Positions 24,928 through 36,832 of a DNA stretch of 64,000 nucleotides are shown here, one piece after another. The position numbers and the translations under genes were made by a program. The stretch is taken from positions 11,904,001 to 11,968,000 of the forward strand of contig CP075492.1 of NCBI GenBank assembly GCA_021613535.1, given 5' to 3'. How positions within the stretch are numbered: position 1 is the stretch's first letter; each line of letters opens with the position of its first letter. A model generated the notes under the pieces. That model made no database searches. It was not told where the DNA came from and was given only the letters and a program-made list of their open reading frames with translations. Source of the DNA: Adineta vaga (taxonomy: Eukaryota > Animalia > Rotifera).

Positions 24928-26477
24928 TGTCTTCTTAGGGTTGATGAATTTCTTCAATGGAATCCAAAGGATTTTAATGGTATCCATCGTCTTAATCTTC
25001 CATCAAAACTTATTTGGTTACCCGATATAGTTCTCTACAATGTATAAGAATCATACATTTTCAAAAATTGATAGCAGATTTTTTCGTTGATTTTTAGAAT
25101 GCTGATGAATTTTCCAATAGTAATACAATGCAAGCTAATGCTATGATTCTTCATAATGGAACTGTCTTTTGGCCAATTCCAACTCGATTAAAAAGTACTT
25201 GTCAAGTTGATGTCAGTTATTTTCCATATGATGAACAAGAATGTAAATTAAAATTTGGTAGTTGGACTTATAATGGTTATCAAGTATCAGTTGAACAACG
25301 TGATGGTGCCATTGAATTATCAAGTTATGTTCCAAATGGTGAATGGGATTTATTAGATACATCATATCAAGTGAATATTATTCGATATCCATGTTGTCCA
25401 GAACCATTTCCTGACATAACATTTTATGTTCGTATACGACGACGAATTTTATACTATTTATATTCGGTTGTTTTTCCGTGTGTTATGTTATCAATTTTAA
25501 CTCTTCTCGTCTTTTGTTTACCACCTGAATCCGGTGAAAAAATTGCACTTGGTATTACTGTTTTACTTGCCTTTAGTGTCTTTATGTTAGCAATTGCAGA
25601 AAGTATGCCGGAAACAAGTGAATACATTCCATTAATTAGTAAGAAATTAATTTGTCGAAATATTTTAGTATAAAATTTTCTTTATATCTTATTTCAAGGC
25701 TTATATTTGACTGCAGTTATGGCTATGACGAGTGTTTCAGTTATGATGACTGTATTTGTACTTAATCTTCATTATCGTGGTCCAAAGAAAAATGAAATAC
25801 CATTTTGGCTTCAACAGATGTTAAGTTTATCCATCGCAAATGTAGTTCAATCATTTCGACGAAAGAAAAAATTTCAAGTATCACTTAATAATCAAAAAGA
25901 AACAGTGAGTAGTGCTATCAACAATGATATTCATCGACATAGTCATGAACATGAAAATCCTACCAATCGTTCATCTGTCAATGGAATTTTGTTATCATAT
26001 ATGAATATCAATGAATCGAAAGGAAAAACACGAACAATATCTGATGTAAATCGAGTGATGATAGAGAAAAAAGGTTTATTATAGTGTTGTTATTTTCTTT
26101 TTTTTTCTCTTTCAAAGGCACCTACAATGCAAATTGATCATCACGAACAACAATCTAATGAGAAAAAACCGCGTTGTTCATTGCGTTTACCATCCGACGA
26201 AAGTCGTCTAAAAAATCGGTCAAGTTCGATTGCAACTATTCATGATGAAATACAAGATACATTACATAATTTATTACGTAAACAAAAAGAACTTGAACAT
26301 GATCAGAAAGTAACCAATGATTGGAGAGCGGTGGCGACAAAAATTGATAAAATTCTTTTTTATATTTTTCTTCTATTAACACTTATATCCACCGTGGGTC
26401 TTCTTGTCATTGTGCCATTATCACGTACGAATAGTCAACAGAAAACTAAATTATGGCAAGGATCACGACGACCTTAA
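24023..26477 (+). CDS. Nicotinic acetylcholine receptor alpha subunit (alpha9/10-like)
   Basis: [17 protein letters not shown], Cys-loop [18 protein letters not shown], vicinal YPCC, M2 [17 protein letters not shown]4 [10 protein letters not shown]. Confidence 0.95.
24897..24927. repeat. (TA)n microsatellite inside an nAChR intron
   Basis: tatataatatatatatatatatatatatatt. Confidence 0.9.
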
Positions 26478-26541
26478 TAAAACGGAAAATCATCGTTCGA
26501 TGTATTATTGTTTTCTTAATATAAATAAAAGATTATTTTCC

Positions 26542-27379
26542 TTACCATTGTTGTGCATGTTCGACTAACGGTGATTGATAAGAACATTTTGGACATTGAA
26601 CAATATTTCCGTGAGGAATATATACGGAAATATGTTTACAAATTGGACATACTTGTTGAGCACCATTGTACGCTACTAATGATGAAGATAATACATAGGT
26701 TTTTTCATTGACATTCAATCGATTTGATCCCACTAATAATTGAGATTTTCGTGATGAAGTTGGTAAACGTCGACGTACTATGGTCGTTCGAACAGGTGAA
26801 ACAGATCTTGTTGAATCAATACGTTTTGATGTATGATAACGTTTAATAAACAGTACTATATAAAGAATTGAAAGTATTATATAAATAATCGCACAAAGAA
26901 GTTCACATAGAATAAATGCACGCTTAAGAAAATTATATGTCGATGAAGAAAAATAAGTTGATGCTTGTTGAGAACATTGAAATCCCAAACATAAACTAAA
27001 ATCACTTGCAACAATTGCAATTAAAAATCCAATAACTAATAAAACGACAACGATTGATATTGATTGAAGAATTAATGCAATAAATGATTTTGTTCGTGTT
27101 CTTTTCGTACAAACTACAAAGTTCAAATCTATTTTTCAATCGAATTCTAAATCTACTCTTACCATATGCATATGTGGCAAGTGTTGCGGCAATCATAAAT
27201 GGAAATGACCAAAAACCTGAATATACATTTGCTCGAAATAAATCTACAATAGCATTGCCAATTTCCATGCCCAAAGTACCTAGTGTCATGAGTAATTGAC
27301 ATGTGGCTAATAAACCAATTAACCATGGGTGCCAATAATTAGATGATGAGATATCATAAGGTTTTTCTTGTTCATTCAT
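26542..27379 (-). CDS. MS4A/CD20-like four-TM protein with C-terminal CxxC..CxxC (2 exons)
   Basis: LLATCQLLM..MEIG, NVYSGFWSFPF, four hydrophobic segments; intron ~27162-27108 joins the two ORFs; tail contains CPIC...CPKC. Confidence 0.6.
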
Positions 27380-28601
27380 TGTATTCTTATTCAGATTTTT
27401 GAAGTAAGAGTTATTTTCATCAATGTCATGATTTCAAGTCATACAAAAAGAAGAAAAAAATGCTTGTCTAATGGTTTTTTTATATATTCTGTACGCAATA
27501 CAGTTCAAGTGTTCTGATGAAAGTTTGTACTTCAGTAGAATGTTTATACTATTTTTATCAAAGAAAAACGCTTTGGTACACTTCGAATGATTATGAAATG
27601 TTCGTAATGATCATAAAAATCTTCTTTCTCTGTTTACGATAGTTAAAATTAACATTTGAAATGATTCAATAAATATAAATGATTATTGAGTACAACAAAA
27701 CAATTGCTTGTGCAAGTTTCGAAAAATTCATTATATATTTCTGCAGAATAAACATTATATTAAGAATATTTTTTTCAAGCAAAAGAAAGAAAAAAAACAC
27801 GGCAATGTGTCAATCCGTTTATGTTGATTATGACATATGATAGTGCATTGATTAGAAAATATAAAATACTTTGTCATGTTTTATAAACAGTATCTAATAT
27901 TATTAGAAAAATCAACACATAATAGGACGATGAAGAATGTGTTTTATACAAAATTTCAATGAATGACATGTTGTCTTGGAAAGTATGAAAATAATCAATC
28001 ATTCTTTGTCGAAAACGAGTTCGATCATTCTTTATTAAATTCGATTAATTCCTTTCCAATGAACAATAACACTATCGTCTGATCGAAATTGAATAAGAGA
28101 TGCATTTTACATCATCCTACTGAGAAATACGAAGAATAGACTATAAAATAAATGCTTATTCTCCGGAAAAAGACTATTTATTCAGTTGAGCTCTTATGTT
28201 TTCTTTTCTAACTAACAAAATAGTTCTATCATGATCTGATTCATACTACACCTCTCTCTCTCTCTATTTTCCTTTTACTCATAATGGATGAATATCATTG
28301 TTGATATCCATAAAACAGTATGTTTTTGATAACACTGTCTCCCTTCTGTACGATCTAGTTAGAATATTATGAAAAAGCGAGATATTTCTCGTTCTTCAAA
28401 TATTTAGATTACATTTAATCATAGAAAAATTAAAAGAACGACGGGAAGCACGTCAGTGAAAAGTATATATATATAGCGTGATCTTTTGTCGGAAAAACAT
28501 CACTCAGTGACATTAATAATTCTATAAAGAGTACTGTTAGTAACTTCAATCCACAACAAACTTATCCATAATTAGAACGGTTATTGAATACAATCGTTAC
28601 T

Positions 28602-29126
28602 ATGAATACAGATTATACCGTATCAAACCAATCCGACACCAAGAATTCAGATGGAATTCATTCTGATTATCCTAATGTGTCAACATCTGTTACAAATGTA
28701 GCACCACCACTACCACCACCACCACCACCACAATACTCATCAACAGTACCACCATACTTTGTAGCACAACCACCTTATCCGGGTGCATATCAACCATCGA
28801 CTATAATTGTTACACAAGGCCACCCATCTTACCAAGGTGTATTAGTTCCCGGTACTCTTGCAATACCTCAGACAGCTTTTATTCGAGATTACCTGGTCTG
28901 GTCAATAATTAACGTGTTCTTAGGAGGTTTTTTGCTAGGTATTGTAGCAGTCGTATTTTCAATTCTAACCCGAACACGTAAACAAGAAGGTGATTTAGAA
29001 GGTGCTAGAACCATGTCAAAAATTACGCTTGTTGTGAATATCTTGATTACTATTGTGTTTTTTATCATGACAGCATTTTTGATTGTGTACTTTGTTGCTA
29101 TTGCATCAGTTATAAGTTCTGTATAA
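28602..29126 (+). CDS. CD225/dispanin (IFITM/PRRT-like) membrane protein, single exon
   Basis: Pro-rich N-terminus with PPQY/PPY motifs, followed by DYLVWSIINV..LGIVAVVFS..KQEGDLEGARTMSK and a C-terminal TM segment. Confidence 0.85.
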   Translation: MNTDYTVSNQSDTKNSDGIHSDYPNVSTSVTNVAPPLPPPPPPQYSSTVPPYFVAQPPYPGAYQPSTIIVTQGHPSYQGVLVPGTLAIPQTAFIRDYLVWSIINVFLGGFLLGIVAVVFSILTRTRKQEGDLEGARTMSKITLVVNILITIVFFIMTAFLIVYFVAIASVISSV

Positions 29127-29246
29127 GAAAACTACAATCATGATATTTACACACAAATAAAATAGATATCTCATATACGAATCTATCTACTTGGTAATGA
29201 TGAAATGCGCCAAAAACAAGATGACATACTGATATTATCAATCAGA

Positions 29247-30337
29247 ATGATAGGAGAAGAACAAACGATTGAAGTATAATATTATTCTATTCATCTAACG
29301 AATATACATTATTTCATGATAGATTGTACCAAAAAACATTACATTGTATTGGATGTCGGGACAGATAGACTCATGGAAAATTCGCATTGCACTTGAAGAA
29401 AAACAATTGCAAGGCTATAAGAGTATTATGATTATTCAATCTGATAATATTGATAAGAATGATAAGTTTTGGAAGAATAATGAAGATGGCATTGTTAGAA
29501 GTATTGATCACTTCCTCTTTATTATCAATAATTTATTTTAGATACCATCATTGAGAATAGAAACTATTACGTTAAATGGTGTTTTACCAGCTCTTCTATT
29601 TCTTGAAACTTCGATGGCAACATTCTCGTCTGACTCTTCATCAGAAGATAAAGCGCTCATATTCGAGCGAGCATTTGAAGTAACGATATTATCTTTTTCT
29701 TTTCAGACATTTCAATCTCTTTCAAATTTTATTTGATTATCCAGAGTTTAACTTTTCAACGCATTTGTTCCGAAGATTTAATCACTAATATTTTCTCTCT
29801 GAATGATTTTAATACGTCATTTTTTGAGATAGATCAACGCAATAAACATGAAAAGGCTCTATATGATGAATTAATTCGTTGGAATGAATATCTTGCACAA
29901 GTAAATACAAAGCAATTGACTTTCTTTTAAAATATCATTGATAATTCATTTCAATTAGGATTCTCACGATAGTATTGCTCATTCATCATTCAATTTAGCT
30001 GATATGTTATTCTTTCCTGAATTGGCATTAGGTATACGCTTTGGTTTACCAATTCATGACTTCTCTCACCTTCGTAATTAAGCAAAAACGAACTTGGCGT
30101 ATGTGTGTATACAATTTCTGTATAGAGAATTATTATGAAATACATTCAAAACGACAATCCATTTATAAAACATGGCCTTATCATTGGCTTCATACTACAC
30201 TTACATATGATTGGTTAGCGAATATTAGTCGATTTAATCAAAAATCATTAGAAGATACTTCCATTATTCAGGACACAAGTGACAAAATAAACTCTTTTGT
30301 TGAATCATCTGAAGAAACAAAAAGTGTCGATGATTGA
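29247..30337 (+). CDS. Glutathione S-transferase rho-class-like protein (6 exons), divergent G-site
   Basis: TLYWMSG..WKIRIALEEKQLQGY, FNLADMLFFP..RFGL and RQSIYKTWPYHW resemble GST-rho consensus blocks. Confidence 0.75.
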
Positions 30338-30713
30338 ATCTATGTTTATACATAAATATGTCCTATATAATCTCGATTATCGTTCATAGATGAGTAGGAT
30401 GAAAACGAGAACGTCAAGGATTACGTGTACACATGTTTACATTGATCCTTCTCTATGCGTATTATGTTTTTTCTTCATTGATCGAAAGATTTCATATTGA
30501 AACAGCTTGGTCAACAAATCTTTACATGTATGCAAACAATTAGTTTCCGCCTTCACAATCGGCGTCGATCGACTCAAATGACTTTCGACACGAATCAATT
30601 AGGAGAGAGAGAAAGAGAAATTGAACGATTATAATCATTACATAGATTTGAAAGGGAGAGTTTATATAACAATGATTGAAATCAGTTGAGAAAAGCATCT
30701 TAAGATACCGCCA

Positions 30714-33253
30714 ATGACCAAGGGCGGCAGTGGTAAACCGAAAACACTAGGTACGTAAAAGATTAAAACTTGTCTTTCTAGTAAATTTAATTCATTAAAG
30801 GTCGTCTGATCTTTGGCGAGAAGCGAAAACAACATGCTTCCCCAGCACGCCATCGTTCCACAACACGAAATGGTGTTAATACGGGAGATGTACCATCAAC
30901 GAATGGTACTACAACGAATAAAAATGCAATCAATCTACATGATTGGGCGGTATGGCGAATGCAACTAAATGAACATATGGGATTGAGTATAAATGAACAA
31001 CGAACGGATCTAAAACAAATGCGGCAATTTCTACAATCGAATCCATTTTATCAGCAACACAGTCGAGATCCATCGAATGGTCGATACAATGGTGTTCGTT
31101 TACTTTTCTCGATTCCGCATGCTAAATTAAAACCAGAATTTCTAAATGATACTCAGGAATTAATATCTAAAAATAACGAAAACAGTGAAATAGGAGATAC
31201 AATTCTCTATGAACAGAAGAAAATCCGATCAAATAGTGATGATCGAACTACTACAAGTGTCAATTCAATTTCTGCATTACAACCGATGATCCCCGAAAAA
31301 ACGATCGGTCAATTGTTACCGAAGGCATTGCCAGTAAATACAGGTGGTTTTCTACAAACAAATGAACACATGATCGCTATGGATGGTATACGTACACGGT
31401 AAATAGAATAAAGCCGCTTGTTTTTTTTTCTTTTATCAAAGTTTACATTTTAGTCGTACAACTCGAAGTTCATTTGCTGCATCGGATCTAATACATTCAA
31501 CCCTACAAAAAGCAGTTAAAGATGGAAATGTTCTAGAGAAAATTAAAGCATTTGAAATGCAAGCTGCTGCTGCTGCACAAGCAGATTCGATTCCAAAATT
31601 AAATGGAATAAATTATCGTATGCAATCGATTCAATCCGTTGCTCAACGTACTTTGAGTCCAACTACAATACATCCTGTTCAACAGATCATATCTCCTATT
31701 CAAATACAAGAACAATCTCTTTATCCTAATCGAAGTCGTTATGCTCATACAATTCACCAACGTCAAGATAATTCACAAGCATTAATGCGTAGCCATGAAT
31801 CTCGTAAAGGTACACATATTCTTGAACCAGCTTGTGGTGATATTATTCTCAAACGTCGAACACCTTCACAAAAAACTGCCAATGATGAAGAATATTCAGC
31901 AACAGTACTAAGTTCTATGCCATTATCAGCTTCTCAAGGTCATCGTCGACATCAAAATTATTCGCATTATCATAATCAACGTCATCGATCAAGTGTTTCA
32001 CGTTCTCGACATCGACAAGAAATAACTTATGATAAACGTACACCAAGTCGTCATGGAAGTCATTCACGTAAACATCAATCCAAACAAAAAGGAACGATCA
32101 CACCATCTGCTAAATCCTCATCGACACGTCGTCGTTGGCTTAAAGGCCGTAAAGAAACACCTGTTGAACCTCCTTCAACTCAAGGTACTAATCAAGACAT
32201 CGCAAATAATTCATCAAATAAAACAAAAAAGAAAACTATTGAACAAACTAAATCTGATGTGAAAAAAGTAACCAAATCTCTTGGTAAAGAAAAATTGTCA
32301 TCGGATAATAATCGTGTATATGGTGTACCAAATCCAAATTTTACTGAACAAACAAAAATTGAAGAAGAACATGAACGAGATCGGATCGATAAGATCAATA
32401 GTTTTATACCAATAAAAGAGGATGATATCAATCAAAGTCAAGTATGTGAGACAGTCATTGAACAGCAACAACTAAATCAAAAACAGCATCAACAAAAATT
32501 ATCTAGTACGGATGAAGACATTTTAGACAAAGGCAATGAACATCCTCAGTTTGTTTCTTGTGACTTTCATTTCTTTTCGAAATCTCTTTTTCTTGTATTC
32601 ATAGACTTTCACGTTCAAATGATAATCATATTCATCATTCTGAACATGATGACGATGATAAAAAGGCTGATCAAAGTGATGATGAAGTTTTTATTGAAGA
32701 TAAACCTAGTAAAACAACATCGAAGGTTACACGTCATCAATCAGTTATCACTCTTCCAAAAAATGAATCGCGTCGTTTTCAACAACAGCGATCAATTAAT
32801 GTTCTTCGTCGTCATGCCAGTCAATGTTCAGCAGATGAAATAGCTTCACTCAATTCGAATGCACTCAAGAAACAACAATCACCTATAACATTAATTACTC
32901 GTAAAAATCATATTAATCGAGATGAACCAATGTTATATGAAACACCTCATTCCGAACAAACTCAACCATCTGTATGTAATACTTATACAATGAAGAAAAA
33001 ACGTCCATCTCATACAAATAATACTGCAGGTTGTAGTAATAATAATGGACAAAAAAATACTAATCAACAAATGAGTAAACAAATTCTTCATGCAATTATG
33101 AATTCAATGAATAACAATCAAGAACCATTGTCAATGACACCACCACCACCTCCGATTCCAGCATCACCAATATCTGTCAATGATGATTTTTTCGAGAATG
33201 GACCTCTTACAAACCCTGAAGAAACTATTGCCAATATGACAGTTTCCTCTTAA
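30714..33253 (+). CDS. Uncharacterised low-complexity/disordered protein (4 exons, ~780 aa)
   Basis: ATG 30714 (MTKGGSGK). Three short GT-AG introns (~30751-30800, ~31399-31452, ~32549-32603) link the long ORFs. S/R/Q/N-rich with no recognisable domain. Confidence 0.7.
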
Positions 33254-33547
33254 AGATTAAAAACAAACAAACAAGCAAACATTTTTTTCTTGTAAAAATA
33301 AATATATTCATTATAATTTTATGTTGAATAATAATGTGTTCAGAACTACATCAGAAAATTCTTGAAAGACGAACATACAAGCGACAATCATGATGATGTC
33401 GCACTCTGATAAGTTCTATAGATCAATCTATTTGACCAATGATAAGCTATCCGTCAATATGTTGGATTCCTTTTTCCTTATTTCATATTGTAGTAAAATG
33501 TAATTCAGTTAATCGATATTTTAGTTCTAGTTTAATTTCATTTCTAG

Positions 33548-34036
33548 ATGACAACAAATAGTTTAATTCAACGTAAAGTTCGTGAATATGAAACATTTCT
33601 TAATGATCGTCTTCGTGCTGATTTACAGCGAGCATGGAATGAACGCGATCGTCTCTTTTCTGATATAGCTGAATATGAACGTTTACGTGTTACATTGAAT
33701 ACTCTTGATGAGCTATATAAAAATCGAAAAGAACCAGATATTGATGATCCATTACAAACACAAATGGATCTTGGTTGTTCATTTTTTGTTCAAGCTGAAT
33801 GTCCAGTAAATAATCGCATATTTATTTCGATTGGTTTCGGTCTTTTTTGTGAATTAACCTATGATGAAGGAAGAACTTATATTGACAAAAAAATACCATA
33901 TTTACGTGAACAAGAAGTTGAATTATCGAATAAAATTGCACATATTAAGGCAAATATCAAATTGGTATTGGAAGCATTAAAAGAAATACAAACGATTGAT
34001 GATAAAAAAGCACAAACAACTGTTTCACCTTTTTGA
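33548..34036 (+). CDS. UXT: Protein UXT (alpha-class prefoldin-like)
   Basis: KVREYETFLNDRLRADL, TQMDLGCSFFVQA, IFISIGFGLFCELT, IAHIKANIKLVLEALKEI. Confidence 0.92.
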   Translation: MTTNSLIQRKVREYETFLNDRLRADLQRAWNERDRLFSDIAEYERLRVTLNTLDELYKNRKEPDIDDPLQTQMDLGCSFFVQAECPVNNRIFISIGFGLFCELTYDEGRTYIDKKIPYLREQEVELSNKIAHIKANIKLVLEALKEIQTIDDKKAQTTVSPF

Positions 34037-34592
34037 TATGCAACATAAATAAAGATCATTATCTTGTTTATTTCATTTCTCTTATAATATAAAAGATCTG
34101 ATAAATGAAATTTTCGAACGAATCGGAGAATATCTCATAGTTACAGAAAAATGAAATTTAATTCTATTGTAGATCGAATTCAAACTCACTGCATCATCAA
34201 AATAAAGTAAAAACATACAAGATCAGTTTTCTATGAGACATTTGAACTTTTCGAACGATCATTCAACTATATGAGACACAAAACAGATTTCTTCTTTGCC
34301 TTTCAAACATATGATAAAGACGATAACAATTGAAATTGATCGAATACAGAGAATGATTATTAACTAGATTGACGATCATACATGTTCGTCATTTTTTCAT
34401 TGAGTGCACTATGTGCTATACACATACCTTGTTTTAAACCAGTTAGATCACCTAGAAGAATAGAAAAAAAAATCAAATAAAAATCGTTGTCTTTCTTTCT
34501 TTCTTTTTTCCATTGTTTTTTCTTATTCGTCATATTATACAGCAACAACGACAAATCCTATCGATATTTTAAATATGTAATTTTATTTTTAG

Positions 34593-36804
34593 ATGTATCC
34601 AATCCGTCAATATTCCTACTCTTTTTTTCGACGTTTATATTCACCAATTTCGATTCGTTATCAATCAACTACAAGTACTGATCTAACGAAAACGTCTCCA
34701 TCTGATCTTGAACAAAAACCAATTCAAGATTATACACCATGGGCAACATCTGAAACCAATCGATTAATTGATTATTTATCCATGCGAATCAAAGCAGCAG
34801 GACCTATCACAGTCGCTGATTTTATGCATGAAGCATTATTAAATCCTCGATATGTACGCCATTTCTCATTCTATTCGTAGTATACCTATGAAAAAGAATA
34901 AATACAATCGTTATGATCATTTTTTTTCTCTCTTTCTCTCTTCCTAGGGTTATAATAAACGACATGAAATATACGGGAAAAAAGATGCTCTAATCGCAAC
35001 ACCTGAAATTAGTCAACTATTTGCTGAAGTAAGAAACAAAAAAAACACAACTTTGACGTTCTTCGAGTTTTCTTTCTAATAAAATGTTAAATATTTATTT
35101 ATTAGTCATTAGTTAAATGGATTATGCATGAACATTCAACAATCGGAGGAAATGTATTACAATTGGTGGAAATGGGAGGAGGACGAGGTATAATACTAAA
35201 TCGAATTATTTCAGTAAGTATGATTAAAATTGAACAAAAACAAAAATCATCTTTCGATTTTCTAGTTATTGAAACAAAATCGATATTCTTATCGATTTAC
35301 ATTCTTTGCTATATACGAAACGAATCCATTAATGCGAAGACGTCAAGCAGAAACCTTATTGGGCCGATCGGTATAATAAAAACATGCAGAATATTCATTC
35401 GAAATTGTTCGTTAATCTTTAGTTTAATCCATTAATTGCCAATGATTATAGAGTAAAAGATGGAGATTATTCATTAATATGGATTGATGATTTTAAACAA
35501 TTACTTCCACATGATACATATTTTCTTGCGAATGAATTTTTTAATGTTTATCCTATTCATAAATTTCAAGTAAGATTTCTTATTAACATAAAATCATGTT
35601 TTAAAAAAGATTCATGTAATGTTTAAAAGAAAACTTCACAAGGTTGGAAAGAAGTTATGATTGATTGGAATCCATTATCAAAACAACTTCATTATGTATT
35701 ATCAATGAAAGCAACATCAATGAGTCGACTTTATATGAATGTATGTAGGAAATATTTAGAAAGAATTGATTTATAATGGAGTTTTGATTTAGTATTTACA
35801 AAGTATTACTAATCGAGAACATATAGAAATCAGTCCACAACGAACTATGATGATGCAAGCAATGTGTAAACATTTAACAAAATATGGAGGATCAGCTTTA
35901 ATTGGAGATTATGGTCATTGGGGTGAAAAAGGTGATACATTTCGTGTAAGTAGAGATGATATACGATGAATGAAGGATTTGTGTATAATTTGAGGTTTGA
36001 AAGTAAGATAAAAGGCACTAGAACTAAAACTAAAGAGCATAGTATTTATATGAAATATTAATTTCTATAAATAGAATATATGCATCTTGAAAGGAAATGT
36101 AAGTTAAGGATATATATATATATATATATGGAAAGAAAAAGAACAAAAGTCAAAGTCTTTTAGCAGACCTTGTCTTGTCAGAATTAGTCTGTTTTATTAG
36201 ATTAAGCATAAAAATATGTGTTCACAGGCATAGTTTTCTATTATTAGCAATGAGAAAAATTGGTTTAGATATTAAATTGTCCGGAAGGGTTATTTATAGT
36301 GATGGAACAAGGATGAAAATTTAATTTTGATTTTAATATATATATTATGTTCCATTTACAAGGCTTTTCGTAAAGATGAATTAGTCGATCCACTTGCCGA
36401 TCCTGGTAATGTTGATATTGTAGCTGATGTTGATTTCGAACAATTATCAATACATGGAATGCAAGTACCGAATGGTAAAATTCTCTAACACAACTTTTGC
36501 TTCATTTATTCTGATAAATTTTAGTTCAATTCTTTGGACCTATTTCACAAGCAAGTTTTCTATATAATTTAGATTTTCACAAACGATTAGATGTAAGTAC
36601 TATGATTTTTAATCGATAGAATGAACTTAAAAGTTTTCTTTATAGAAAATTCTATGCAACAAAACACCGGAAGAACAAGAAGACATTTTGAATGATGTAG
36701 AGAAACTAGTTAGTTCAGAATATATGGGTGAACGATTTTTATATATTTGTGCACAACGAACGAATAAAATAAATGCACCTGCGGGTTTTACGTCTTCGGA
36801 ATGA
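34593..36804 (+). CDS. NDUFAF7: Mitochondrial arginine methyltransferase NDUFAF7/MidA-like (multi-exon)
   Basis: Arg/Ser-rich targeting peptide; GPITVADFMHEAL, TPEISQLFAE, LVEMGGGRG, ANEFF..PIHKFQ, DYGH..DTFR, ADVDF, MGERF..PAGF. Confidence 0.88.
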
Positions 36805-36812
36805 ATAGGAGA

Positions 36813-36832
36813 TTGATTTTGTTTCTTTTCAG
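36813..36832 (+). promoter_or_regulatory. Polypyrimidine tract plus CAG splice acceptor directly on the TKFC start codon (candidate trans-splice site)
   Basis: ttgattttgtttcttttcag|ATG, with no GT donor that could form an intron within the 28-nt spacer. Confidence 0.6.
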
